This document shows positions 28,583-38,034 of a stretch of DNA of 64,000 bases, one piece after another (positions within the stretch are counted from its first letter, which is position 1; each line of letters opens with the position of its first letter). This DNA comes from Spirochaetia bacterium (GTDB lineage Bacteria > Spirochaetota > Spirochaetia > CAKZLE01). The stretch covers positions 2,720,001-2,784,000 of the forward strand of contig OY782041.1 in assembly GCA_963677595.1 (NCBI GenBank). The letters are read 5' to 3'. Below the pieces are notes generated by a model. It ran no database searches, had not been told where the DNA came from, and was given only the letters and a program-made list of their open reading frames with translations. A program made the position numbers and the translations under genes.

Positions 28583-30006
28583 GTATGAGATACCCGAAAG
28601 CAGGACTGATCACCTTCGGTGACCACAGAGGCCCCGAGTGGGCGAAAGTATTCGAGGGACTGACCGTGCCTCGCCATGAGAAGGCGGCACAGATCCTAGG
28701 GGAGCTCCCGCTGGAGCTGGTCTCGTTCCCGACGGTCGCACGTACCCGCGACGAGATCAATGAACAGGTGGATGCCCTCAAGCAGGCAGGGGTGGAGGTG
28801 TTCATCGCCCATACCCCCTGCTGGACCTCCCCGAACCTGGTCGTGCACGGGGTGCAGAGGATGGGGATCTATACCATCGTCCTCGGTAACCGCGACATGG
28901 GAACGCACGGCTGCGTCGGACTCTTCGGTGCCGCAGGGGCCCTTTCCCAGATCGGCAGCGAGCACAAGCGCATCAGGATGGACTATGAGACTCCCACCTA
29001 TGAGCAGAAGCTCCTGCCCATCATCAGGGCGGCCTCCGCAGCAGCACGGCTGAAGGGCTCGGTCATGGGACACTTCGGCGGGCGGTCCATCGGGATCGAC
29101 ACCGCGACCTTCGACCCGATGGGCTGGAGGAAGCAGTTCGGTGTAGATGTCGAGCATATCGACCAGGTCGAGATCCTGAGGATCGCAGAGACAATCGAAC
29201 AGGGGCGGATCGACAGGATGCGCACCTGGATCGAGCAGAATGCCAAAGAGGTCCTCTACAACGATGACAAGTTCACGAAGGAGAAATTCGACTTCCAGCT
29301 TGCCTGCTATATCGCGACGAAGGATATCTGCAGGGAATCGGGACTCGACTTCACGGCGATCAAGTGCATGCCGGAACTCTCGAACTCCTATGTACCCCAG
29401 TGCATGACCGCGACCTTCCTTCCCAATGACTATGACGGGGAAGAGGGCGAGAAGGATGCCATCGTCATGGCCTGTGAGGCCGATGCCGACGGGGCACTCA
29501 CCCAGCAGATCCTCAAGCTGCTCTCGGGCGGGATGCCGACCTTCTTCGCAGATGTCAGCCACATCGATGATGCACGGAAGACGATCTACTGCGTCAACTG
29601 CGGGGCAGTATGCGCCTGGTATGCCGGGCGGGATGCCGACCCCAACAAGAACCTCAACCAGATCGTGATCAAGCAGTCGATCAGGCCCGGAGGGGCTGCG
29701 ATCTCAGGCTTCTTCGCCGCAGAGGGACCGATGCAGCTCGCACGGCTCTATCGCGTGGACGGGAAGTACCGGATGGCGATCATCCCCTGCGATGCCGTCA
29801 CCCCGAGCGAGGAGATCCTCGATGAGTTCGTGGAGGCTCGCGGCCCGCACCAGCTCCCGGCACTCTTTGCCAAGGTCGATTTCGACCTGGATGCGTTCGT
29901 CGACGAGTACGGTTCCAACCATATCTCCGGTGTAGCCGGCGCATATGTCGAGGAACTCGTGGAACTCTGCCGCATGCTCGATATCGAGCCGGTCGTGTTC
30001 AGATAG
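28579..30006 (+). CDS. L-fucose/L-arabinose isomerase-family protein
   Basis: FGGRSIGI, FGVDVEHIDQ.EI, AIKCMPEL, ACEADADGALT, FADV, NCG, YGSNHI. Confidence 0.82.
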   Translation: MSMRYPKAGLITFGDHRGPEWAKVFEGLTVPRHEKAAQILGELPLELVSFPTVARTRDEINEQVDALKQAGVEVFIAHTPCWTSPNLVVHGVQRMGIYTIVLGNRDMGTHGCVGLFGAAGALSQIGSEHKRIRMDYETPTYEQKLLPIIRAASAAARLKGSVMGHFGGRSIGIDTATFDPMGWRKQFGVDVEHIDQVEILRIAETIEQGRIDRMRTWIEQNAKEVLYNDDKFTKEKFDFQLACYIATKDICRESGLDFTAIKCMPELSNSYVPQCMTATFLPNDYDGEEGEKDAIVMACEADADGALTQQILKLLSGGMPTFFADVSHIDDARKTIYCVNCGAVCAWYAGRDADPNKNLNQIVIKQSIRPGGAAISGFFAAEGPMQLARLYRVDGKYRMAIIPCDAVTPSEEILDEFVEARGPHQLPALFAKVDFDLDAFVDEYGSNHISGVAGAYVEELVELCRMLDIEPVVFR

Positions 30007-30017
30007 GAAGGAATGAG

Positions 30018-30803
30018 ATGGAAATAACCAATACGAACAGGGTCAAGAGACTCCTGAAAGAGGGAAAGCGCGTGACCGGGGCCTGGGCCCAGGCTGCGAG
30101 CAACATCACCACGGAGATCCTCGCAGATGCGGGCTTCGACGTGATCATGGTCGACATGGAGCATGGTCCCGGGAACATCCTGACCCTGATCTCACAGATC
30201 CAGGGGATGAAGGGACAGCCGACCGTACCATTCGTGCGGGCTCCCTGGAATGACTTCGTGCAGATCAAGAAGATCCTCGATGCCGGCACCTTCGGGCTGC
30301 TTGTCCCCTACGTTAACACGAAAGAAGAGGCAGAAGCGGCAGTCAAGGCTGTCAAATACCCGCTGACCGGGATCAGGGGAGTCTCAGGCTCACCGAGAGG
30401 GCCCCACTTCGGGAACAACTCGATGGACTACCTCAAGCAGGCGAATGATGAGATCTTCCTCATGACTGCAGTCGAGACCCTCGAGGCGGCAGAGAACATC
30501 GATGAACTGCTCACCGTCGAGGGACTCGACGGGATCTTCATCGGGCCGATGGACCTTGCCACGAGCATGGGCTACTTCGGGGACGCCTCAGTCCCTGAAG
30601 TCCAGGCCGTGATCAGGAAGGTGGAAGAGAAGGTCTTCGCCAGCGACAAGATCCTGGCTACCGTCGGCGGCAGCTGGGAGCAGGCGACAGCGAAGTACGA
30701 GCGAGGATACCAGCTGCTGATGCTGATGTCCGACACCGTCTCGCTCGGTGCCTATGCACGGGGCCTCGTGAACAGTTTCTCCCAGGCATTCCCTGAGAGA
30801 TAG
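30018..30803 (+). CDS. HpcH/HpaI-family class II pyruvate aldolase
   Basis: GFDVIMVDMEHGP, VRAPWND...IKKILDAG, KYPLTGIRG, VET, DGIFIGPMDLA.SMG. Confidence 0.9.
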   Translation: MEITNTNRVKRLLKEGKRVTGAWAQAASNITTEILADAGFDVIMVDMEHGPGNILTLISQIQGMKGQPTVPFVRAPWNDFVQIKKILDAGTFGLLVPYVNTKEEAEAAVKAVKYPLTGIRGVSGSPRGPHFGNNSMDYLKQANDEIFLMTAVETLEAAENIDELLTVEGLDGIFIGPMDLATSMGYFGDASVPEVQAVIRKVEEKVFASDKILATVGGSWEQATAKYERGYQLLMLMSDTVSLGAYARGLVNSFSQAFPER

Positions 30804-30837
30804 AGCCTCAAGACTATAACGAATGATGGAGAGACAT

Positions 30838-31854
30838 ATGGGAAAGGTAAAAGTAGGAGTAGCAGGATACGGCGTGATCGGGCAGCGACTGGCAGACGGG
30901 GTAGCGGCCCAGGGAGACATGGAGCTCGTAGGTGTTGCCGACATAGCCCCGACGATATCGGTGCGGGCGCTCAAGCACCGGGGCATGCCGTATAAGATGT
31001 TCAACGTGGACCCGAAGAACACGTCGATGGCAGATGCCGGGATCCCGGTATCGGGGAGCTTCGAGGAACTCGTACAGGAGTGCGACATCATGCTCGACAG
31101 CTCACCTGGCGGCATCGGCGCGCGGAACAAGGAGCTGTACGTCAAACATGGGACGAAGGCCGTGTTCCAGGGCGGCGAGAAGAACGATATCGCAGACGTC
31201 TTCTTCCACGGGTATGCGAACTACGAGCAGGGCATCGGGGCGGACTACCTGAAGCTCACGAGCTGCAATACCACCGGGCTCATCCGTGCGGTAGATATGC
31301 TCGACCGGAGTGTAGGCCTTGAGAAAGTGGCGATCACGATCATCCGTCGGGTGGCAGACCCGGGTGACTACCATCGGGGGCTGACCAATGCCCTGCAGGT
31401 GGAGAAGGCACCGAGCCACCAGGCACTCGACCTGATGACGATCATGCCCCATATCCCGTGTACGGGAATCCTGGTACACACCCCGGTGACCCACGGCCAC
31501 ATCATCACGGTGACGGCAACGCCGAAGAACAAGATCGAGAAGGAAGAGCTGTGGGAGATGGCGCAAAACCACCCGCGGATCATGCCGGTACGACTGGCAG
31601 ACGGGTTCTTAGGGAACGCATCGATGTTCCGCTGGGCACGCGATATCGGGAATGCACGAGGTGACATGTATGAGATCGGGCTGTGGGAAGAGTCGATCGT
31701 GAAGTCAGGAGATGACATCATGTTCGCGATCAACATCCCGCAGGAGTCCGTGGTGATCCCGGAGAACATCGACGGGATCAGGGCCGCGATGGGGATGCAG
31801 GCGACCAGGGAAGAGGGGACGGCAGCAACGAACCAGTACCTGGGCATGAAGTAA
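30838..31854 (+). CDS. gap: Type II (archaeal-type) phosphorylating glyceraldehyde-3-phosphate dehydrogenase homolog
   Basis: VAGYGVIGQRLADGV..Q.DM.LVGV, FQGGEK, SCNTTGL, IRRVADP, QESVVIPENIDGIRA. Confidence 0.88.
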   Translation: MGKVKVGVAGYGVIGQRLADGVAAQGDMELVGVADIAPTISVRALKHRGMPYKMFNVDPKNTSMADAGIPVSGSFEELVQECDIMLDSSPGGIGARNKELYVKHGTKAVFQGGEKNDIADVFFHGYANYEQGIGADYLKLTSCNTTGLIRAVDMLDRSVGLEKVAITIIRRVADPGDYHRGLTNALQVEKAPSHQALDLMTIMPHIPCTGILVHTPVTHGHIITVTATPKNKIEKEELWEMAQNHPRIMPVRLADGFLGNASMFRWARDIGNARGDMYEIGLWEESIVKSGDDIMFAINIPQESVVIPENIDGIRAAMGMQATREEGTAATNQYLGMK

Positions 31855-31864
31855 GAGAGCACCG

Positions 31865-33133
31865 ATGAAAGAGCATACGTTAGGGTTCAAGCCGATGGAG
31901 GAATTTGATGTCTCGGGTAAGCGGGTATTGCTGCGGGTGGACATCAACTCCCCGGTGGACCCGAAGACGAAGGCAATAGTCAACGAGAACCGGCTGGAGA
32001 AGAGCGTGCCGACGGTGAAATGGCTGCTCGATAACGGGGCGAAGCTTGCGTTGATCGCGCACCAGGGGGATACGCTCGATTACCAGAACCTGATCCCGTT
32101 GAGAGAGCATGCGCAGAAGCTGAGTCAGAAACTCGGCCGGAAGGTCAGGTACATCGACGATGTATGCGGGCCGATGGCGCAGAGCGCGGTAGAGGCATTG
32201 GATGAGGGTGAAGCGGTACTGTTGGGGAACCTGCGGTATCTGTGCGAGGAGATCTCGACCTTCGAGGATGCGGTGAAGCTGAAACCGGAAGAGATGCTCG
32301 ACACCTGGCTGGTGCGGTCATTGGCCCCGCTGTTCGACCTCTACGTCAATGACGCATTCGCCGCGGCGCACCGGAACTGCCCGAGCATGGTGGCCTTCCA
32401 GGAGCTGCTGCCGAGTGCTGCGGGACCGCTGTTCTTTAACGAGGTATCGGCACTCAACCAGGTGATGACTGCCCCTTCCCACCCATCGGTGTTCGTGCTC
32501 GGGGGCGCGAAGATCTCGGATGCGTTCGGGATGATGGAGCAGGTGTTATCAAACGGGACAGCAGACGAGATCCTGACCTGCGGGGTGACCGGGGAAGTGT
32601 TTCTCATCGCCTCAGGACAGTCCCTTGGCAGCAAGGTCGATGAGTTCCTGGCGGGGAAGGGGCTGACGAAGTTCATCGGTCAGGCAAAGGAGCTGCTGGA
32701 TACCTATGGGGCCAAGATCAGGATGCCCGAAGATCTGGCGTATGAACAGGAAGGAGCGAGAGCGGAGATCAGCATCTCTGAGCTCCCTGCCGAACTGATG
32801 TACCTGGATGTGGGGCATAAGACGATCGCCTCCTACCGGGAGAGCATCAACGGAGCAGGGACGGTCTTCGTGAACGGGCCTGCGGGCGTATTCGAGGATG
32901 AGAAGTTCGAGGTCGGGACGAGAGAGATCTGGCAGGCGATCGCGAAGGCGCCTGGCTATACGGTGATCGGGGGCGGGGATAGCGTGAGCGCGACCTCGCG
33001 GTTCTGTGATCCTGCAGATATGGATTATATCTGCACCGCAGGTGGTGCCATGGTGCGGTACCTGTCAGGGAAGAAGCTGCCGCTTATCTCCGCGATGGAG
33101 AAGGCAGGAAAAAAAATGTATACGAACCCATAA
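31865..33133 (+). CDS. pgk: Phosphoglycerate kinase homolog, archaeal-like
   Basis: GKRVLLRVDINSP, AHQG, NLRY, YVNDAFAAAHR, LGGAKISD, NGPAGVFE, IGGGDS, CTAGGA. Confidence 0.9.
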   Translation: MKEHTLGFKPMEEFDVSGKRVLLRVDINSPVDPKTKAIVNENRLEKSVPTVKWLLDNGAKLALIAHQGDTLDYQNLIPLREHAQKLSQKLGRKVRYIDDVCGPMAQSAVEALDEGEAVLLGNLRYLCEEISTFEDAVKLKPEEMLDTWLVRSLAPLFDLYVNDAFAAAHRNCPSMVAFQELLPSAAGPLFFNEVSALNQVMTAPSHPSVFVLGGAKISDAFGMMEQVLSNGTADEILTCGVTGEVFLIASGQSLGSKVDEFLAGKGLTKFIGQAKELLDTYGAKIRMPEDLAYEQEGARAEISISELPAELMYLDVGHKTIASYRESINGAGTVFVNGPAGVFEDEKFEVGTREIWQAIAKAPGYTVIGGGDSVSATSRFCDPADMDYICTAGGAMVRYLSGKKLPLISAMEKAGKKMYTNP

Positions 33134-33141
33134 CCGCCGAA

Positions 33142-33183
33142 GGGGGGGCACCTCCGTTGGATGTGCCCCCCCGCTTTCTTTCT
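33142..33183 (+). terminator. Intrinsic terminator after pgk
   Basis: GGGGGGGCAC-N11-GTGCCCCCCC then GCTTTCTTTCT. Confidence 0.7.
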
Positions 33184-33228
33184 ATGATCGGCAGTTGGAT
33201 GAAATAGGATAGGATAGGAGAGAGAACC

Positions 33229-33891
33229 ATGAAAAAGAAGGTAGGAGTGATCCATACATTCCTCTACTCGGTAGAGGATCTGAAAGCCCTGTTCGCAGAG
33301 CTCATACCGGAAGTCGAGATGGTCAACATCATCGATGACAGCCTACTCAAGGAAGTGCTGTCAAACGGGGGGCCATCGCCGGCAGTCGTGAGGAGGATGA
33401 CTGAATATGCGGTAGAGCTGGAAGAGCTCGGCTGCGACATGATCCTCAACCAGTGTTCGTCGGTGGGTGAAGTATCTGAGATCGCGCAGAAGTCAGTCTC
33501 GATCCCGTACGTGAAGGTCGATGAACCGATGGCCCATGAGGCTATCTCATTAGGGAAGAAGATCGGTGTGGTCGGGACTGCATACACCACCCTGGGGCCA
33601 TCGGTGCGGCTGGTCGAGAATGTAGCTAAGAAACTTGGCCGGGATGATGTGGTGGTCAATACCTGCTACGCGGACGGAGCCTACGATGCGCTGCTCAATG
33701 AAGGTGACAAGCCCAAGCATGACCGGATCCTTATGGAGACGATCGACAAGGCCTGTGCTGAGAACGAGGTCGTCTGCCTTGCTCAGGGATCGATGATCTC
33801 CCTGGTAGAGGTCTGCAAGAGCAAGCCGGTTCCGGTACTCCACAGTTTCCGCAGCGGGGTCGCCCAGATCCGGGATATACTTGCGCTCTGA
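33229..33891 (+). CDS. Asp/Glu/hydantoin racemase-family protein (single-Cys, AQxSM subtype)
   Basis: VIHT, NIIDDSLL, ILNQCSSVG, KVDEPMA, TTLGPS, LAQGSM. Confidence 0.8.
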   Translation: MKKKVGVIHTFLYSVEDLKALFAELIPEVEMVNIIDDSLLKEVLSNGGPSPAVVRRMTEYAVELEELGCDMILNQCSSVGEVSEIAQKSVSIPYVKVDEPMAHEAISLGKKIGVVGTAYTTLGPSVRLVENVAKKLGRDDVVVNTCYADGAYDALLNEGDKPKHDRILMETIDKACAENEVVCLAQGSMISLVEVCKSKPVPVLHSFRSGVAQIRDILAL

Positions 33892-33992
33892 CGAGTTGGT
33901 AGGATATAATCTATCCAAAGGACCGGGGGGCACATGCCTCACGGTCCCGAGGTATGGTCTGACGAACAGCATCCTCCTGGAGAGTGACAGGC

Positions 33993-35009
33993 ATGGCAAA
34001 GAACAACAAGCGAGTATCATCCAAGGACGTGGCACGGGAGGCAGGGGTCTCCCAGTCGACGGTTTCGCGGGTATTCAATGACAGCGGGATCCCGGTATCG
34101 GAGGACAAGAAGGCACTGGTCCTCGAGACTGCTGCCCGGCTCGGGTACCGCCCGAGCCTGATCGCGCGATCGCTGAACCAGCAGCGCACCAGCATGATCG
34201 GCCTGCTGATCCGGAACTTCTCCAACCAGTTCTATATCGATGCCATGAAGATGTTCACGGAGAAGTTCCAGGAGCATGGGTACACGATCATGCTCTTCAA
34301 CATCAAGGATGATGAGAACGTCGAACAGGACCTGATTCGGGCGATGGAGTATCAGGTAGACGGCCTGGTCATCACCTCCGCGAGCCTGGACTCCGACATC
34401 GTGGGTCAGTTCCATACCTATGAGACGCCGGTCATCCTCTTCAACCGCCTCAATGAGGGGCAGAGCGTGAACGCGGTCTGCTGCGACAATGTCGCAGGCG
34501 GGGAGGCTGTCGCTGAGTATCTGGTCTCAAGGGGCCATAAGAAATTAGTCTATGTCGCCGGTGAGGAGGACTCCTCGACGAACCGCGACAGGAAGAAGGG
34601 GTTCTTCTCCTATGCGAAGTCTGCAGGCCTCGATGACATCATCGTCGTGCATGGGGATTTCTCCTATAAGTCGGGGCTTGCCGCGGCTGGGGAGCTGATC
34701 GCTTCCGGGCGTGAGTTCGACGGGGTGTTCTGTCCTTCCGATACCATGGCGCTCGGGTTCATGGATTATATCCACCATAAGACCGACCTTTCGATCCCGG
34801 GGGATTTCTCCCTTGTCGGGTTCGACGGTTTGCCGGTGCCGGACGAGGATATCTATCCGCTGACAACCTATGAGCAGCCGCTCGGGCGGATGGTCCAGCG
34901 GACGGTGGACTTCATGATCGAGAAGATCGAGAATTTCTCCCCGGACCCGGTCTCCTACCTCTTCAACGGAAGGATCCTTGAACGGGGGTCGGTGAAGGAC
35001 CGGAACTGA
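33993..35009 (+). CDS. LacI-family transcriptional regulator
   Basis: VSSKDVAREAGVSQSTVSRVF, LGYRPSLIARSL, N.FY, YQVDG, SLVGFDG, LTT. Confidence 0.94.
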   Translation: MAKNNKRVSSKDVAREAGVSQSTVSRVFNDSGIPVSEDKKALVLETAARLGYRPSLIARSLNQQRTSMIGLLIRNFSNQFYIDAMKMFTEKFQEHGYTIMLFNIKDDENVEQDLIRAMEYQVDGLVITSASLDSDIVGQFHTYETPVILFNRLNEGQSVNAVCCDNVAGGEAVAEYLVSRGHKKLVYVAGEEDSSTNRDRKKGFFSYAKSAGLDDIIVVHGDFSYKSGLAAAGELIASGREFDGVFCPSDTMALGFMDYIHHKTDLSIPGDFSLVGFDGLPVPDEDIYPLTTYEQPLGRMVQRTVDFMIEKIENFSPDPVSYLFNGRILERGSVKDRN

Positions 35010-35031
35010 ATAGCCGTAAAGGGAAACCAGC

Positions 35032-35922
35032 ATGAGAGAGAGAACCATCGAGGCGGTAACAACTGCCTTCACCCACTACATTACCGATTCCAGTGAACTG
35101 TACCCCGTACGTACAGGCTTCAGGTTCCTCGAGGGACCCGTATGGGATGCCGCAGAAGCACGTCTCTTCTTCAATGACATCAAGGGCAATGCCATCTATG
35201 TCTACCGGGAGGATGGGACGCTTGAGACCTTCCGGGACAACAGCTACCTTGCCAACGGCAACACCCTCGATCGGGAGGGGAGCCTCATCACCTGTGAGCA
35301 TGGGACGAGCAGGGTCTCGAAGACGACGCGCGACGGGGAGTACTCGGTCCTTACCTCACAGTACCAGGGGAAGGAGCTCAACAGCCCGAACGACGTGATC
35401 GTCCGCAGTGACGGGCTCATCCTCTTCACCGACCCGACCTCCGGGCGGGGGGCAGGCTTCGGGATCCCGAGGACCCCCGAACTCGATTTCCTGGGGGTAT
35501 ACTCCTATGATCCGGCTACCGGTGAGACGAAGCTTCTCATCGATGACTTTACCTTCCCCAACGGGCTCTGCCTCTCGGCTGATGAGCGGCTGCTCTATGT
35601 CAACGATACCCGAGACCAGCTGATCAAAGTCTATGATATCGACGGGGAAGGGAAGGTATCGAACGGGAGGCTCTTTACCAAGTTCGTCGAGGACCTCCCT
35701 GGCAAGGCTGACGGCCTGAAGATCGACAGCGAGGGTAATGTCTTCTCGACCGGTCCCGGGGGTATTCTCATCTTCGATGCGGCAGGCACGCTGATCGGGA
35801 GGATCTACATCCCCGAACAGGCGGCGAACTTCTGCTGGGGCGGGGAGGACCTGAAGACCCTCTACATCACGGCCTCGACCACGCTCTATGCGATCAGGCT
35901 CGCAGTCCCGGGCAGGGCTTGA
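35032..35922 (+). CDS. SMP-30/gluconolactonase family protein
   Basis: FLEGPVW, LITCEHG, LNSPNDV, PNGLCLS, ADGLKIDSEGN, ANFCWGG.D.KTLYITA. Confidence 0.92.
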   Translation: MRERTIEAVTTAFTHYITDSSELYPVRTGFRFLEGPVWDAAEARLFFNDIKGNAIYVYREDGTLETFRDNSYLANGNTLDREGSLITCEHGTSRVSKTTRDGEYSVLTSQYQGKELNSPNDVIVRSDGLILFTDPTSGRGAGFGIPRTPELDFLGVYSYDPATGETKLLIDDFTFPNGLCLSADERLLYVNDTRDQLIKVYDIDGEGKVSNGRLFTKFVEDLPGKADGLKIDSEGNVFSTGPGGILIFDAAGTLIGRIYIPEQAANFCWGGEDLKTLYITASTTLYAIRLAVPGRA

Positions 35923-35980
35923 CTACGGGGCCTGCTGTTCACCTATTGCCATAGCCCCCTATTTGTATTACTGTCTTTGT

Positions 35981-37321
35981 ATGAAGCATGCATTCGGTTC
36001 AGATCGTGTGATCCTGTTCACCTACTTTCTGGGCCTTATACTGATCGGCACAATCCTCTTGAGTCTCCCACCGGCTTGGGCCGGTGCCGGCAGTCTGTCA
36101 GGGCTCGATGCCCTGTTCACCTCGGTCTCGGCTGTCTGCGTGACCGGGCTCATCACCGTCGATACCGCACAGTTCTCCATCTACGGGAAGTTCGTCATCA
36201 TGTTCCTGATCCAGTTCGGGGGACTCGGCATCCTGACCTTCACCACGGTCATCTTCTTCTCCTCGAACAAGAGCAAGAAGGTATCCCTGCGTAATCTCCA
36301 GATGGTCAGGAGCTTCTACCTTGATTCCATCGAGTTCAAGGCCTACCATATCCTCAGGAACATCCTGAAGCTGACCTTCATCATTGAGGCATTCGGCGGG
36401 TTCCTCCTCTTCCTCAAGTTCAGGAACAGTATGGATACCCTTCCCGCGCTCTTCTACGGGCTGTTCCATGCAGTCTCGGCCTTCTGCAATGCCGGGTTCT
36501 CGCTCTTCAGCGACAGCCTCATGGGATACAGCTCCGATCCGGCGCTGATGCTCATCATCATGGTACTCGTCATCGCCGGTGGACTCGGGTTCCTCGTCTT
36601 CAACGATGTGCTGAATGTGGCCAGGAAGCAGCGGAAGCGGCTCTCTCTCCATACGAACATGGTCCTGAGGACGACGGCCGTCCTCATCCTTACCGGCTGG
36701 ATCCTCTTCCTCATCCTTGAATGGCATGCATCAGCTGCCGGGATGCCCGTCTTCGACCGGATCATGAATGCCCTGTTCCAGTCGGTCACCCCGAGGACAG
36801 CGGGCTTCAACACCGTGGACCAGGCTGGTCTTTCCGCTGCCTCGAAGGTCCTCACCATCTTCCTGATGTTCATCGGGGGCTCTCCCGCCTCGATCGCGGG
36901 AGGGATCAAGACGACGACCTTCGCGATCGTCTTCCTCACCGTCGTCAAGGGGCTGGACCATAACGGGAGGATCCGCCTGAAGGGGCGGGCCCTCTCGTCA
37001 GGCATCGTGACGAAAGCGATGATCTTCCTCGGGAAGGCGTTCACAATCCTGGTGGGAAGCATCTTCCTCTTGACGATCACCGAGATGGGAAGCCGCAGCG
37101 ATGTGAGCTTCCTCTCCATCATGTTCGAGAGTGTTTCCGCGTTCGGTACGGTCGGTCTCTCGACCGGGGTAACACCGGACTTGACCGCAGTCGGCAAGCT
37201 GGTCATCATCATGACGATGTTCGCCGGACGAGTCGGTCTTATTTCGATGACCATACCCCTGTTCAGGGAACAGGATTCGAATATGGTTGATTACCCGGAG
37301 GAGGAGGTCCTGATAGGCTGA
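35981..37321 (+). CDS. trkH: TrkH/KtrB potassium uptake membrane protein
   Basis: SAVCVTGL, IQFGGLG, SAFCNAGF, TPRTAGF, MFIGGSPASIAGGIK, SAFGTVGLS, MFAGRVG; TTGCCA-17-TACTGT-6 nt-ATG. Confidence 0.93.
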   Translation: MKHAFGSDRVILFTYFLGLILIGTILLSLPPAWAGAGSLSGLDALFTSVSAVCVTGLITVDTAQFSIYGKFVIMFLIQFGGLGILTFTTVIFFSSNKSKKVSLRNLQMVRSFYLDSIEFKAYHILRNILKLTFIIEAFGGFLLFLKFRNSMDTLPALFYGLFHAVSAFCNAGFSLFSDSLMGYSSDPALMLIIMVLVIAGGLGFLVFNDVLNVARKQRKRLSLHTNMVLRTTAVLILTGWILFLILEWHASAAGMPVFDRIMNALFQSVTPRTAGFNTVDQAGLSAASKVLTIFLMFIGGSPASIAGGIKTTTFAIVFLTVVKGLDHNGRIRLKGRALSSGIVTKAMIFLGKAFTILVGSIFLLTITEMGSRSDVSFLSIMFESVSAFGTVGLSTGVTPDLTAVGKLVIIMTMFAGRVGLISMTIPLFREQDSNMVDYPEEEVLIG

Positions 37322-38025
37322 TGAAACAGTATGCGATCATAGGAATGAGTACATTCGGTAAGTATATGCTCGAGGAGCTCGCGAACATCGACTGCGAGGT
37401 CCTTGTCATCGACAAGAAGCGGGATTTGATCGAAGCCCTGAAAGACAAGGTGACCAGCGCGTATATCGCGGACGCGATCAACGAGGAGACGATCTTTCGC
37501 TTGGTCCCGAAGAGCATCGATGCAGCGATCATCGATCTCGGGGACCGGATCGAGGTCTCGGTCCTGGTGACCAACTACCTGAAGAAGCTGGGCATCAAGA
37601 ACATCATCGCGAAGGCCCAGTCCCGTGAACACGGGGAGATCCTCGAGATCATCGGGGCGACCCACGTTGTCTTCCCCAACCGGGAAGCCGCCAAACGGCT
37701 GGTGCCGATGATCCTCTCAGAGGGACTGTTCAACTACTTCCCGATCGGGGATGACCTCGTCATCGCGGAGGTGAAGATTCCCGAGGAGTATGCCGGCAAG
37801 ACGATCGTCGAGGCTGACCTCCGGAGGAATGCAGGGGTGAACATCATCGCCTTGAAGCGTGATGACGGGTACCACCAGTTCATCAACCGGGACTATACCC
37901 TCGATCATGAGGAAGTGGTCCTCGTGGCATGCTCACCCCAGGCTCTCGCCGCATTCAGCGGGGCTCCCATCGCCGAACCTGAAGTGAAGAAGCGGGGAGC
38001 CGGCCTCATGAATCTCTTCGGGTAG
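37321..38025 (+). CDS. trkA: TrkA/KtrA potassium uptake regulatory (RCK) protein
   Basis: YAIIGMSTFG, VLVID, IIAKA...HGEILEIIGA..VVFP, C-terminal TrkA_C (DLRR..GVNIIALK). Confidence 0.9.
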   Translation: MKQYAIIGMSTFGKYMLEELANIDCEVLVIDKKRDLIEALKDKVTSAYIADAINEETIFRLVPKSIDAAIIDLGDRIEVSVLVTNYLKKLGIKNIIAKAQSREHGEILEIIGATHVVFPNREAAKRLVPMILSEGLFNYFPIGDDLVIAEVKIPEEYAGKTIVEADLRRNAGVNIIALKRDDGYHQFINRDYTLDHEEVVLVACSPQALAAFSGAPIAEPEVKKRGAGLMNLFG

Positions 38026-38034
38026 GGGAGCGTA

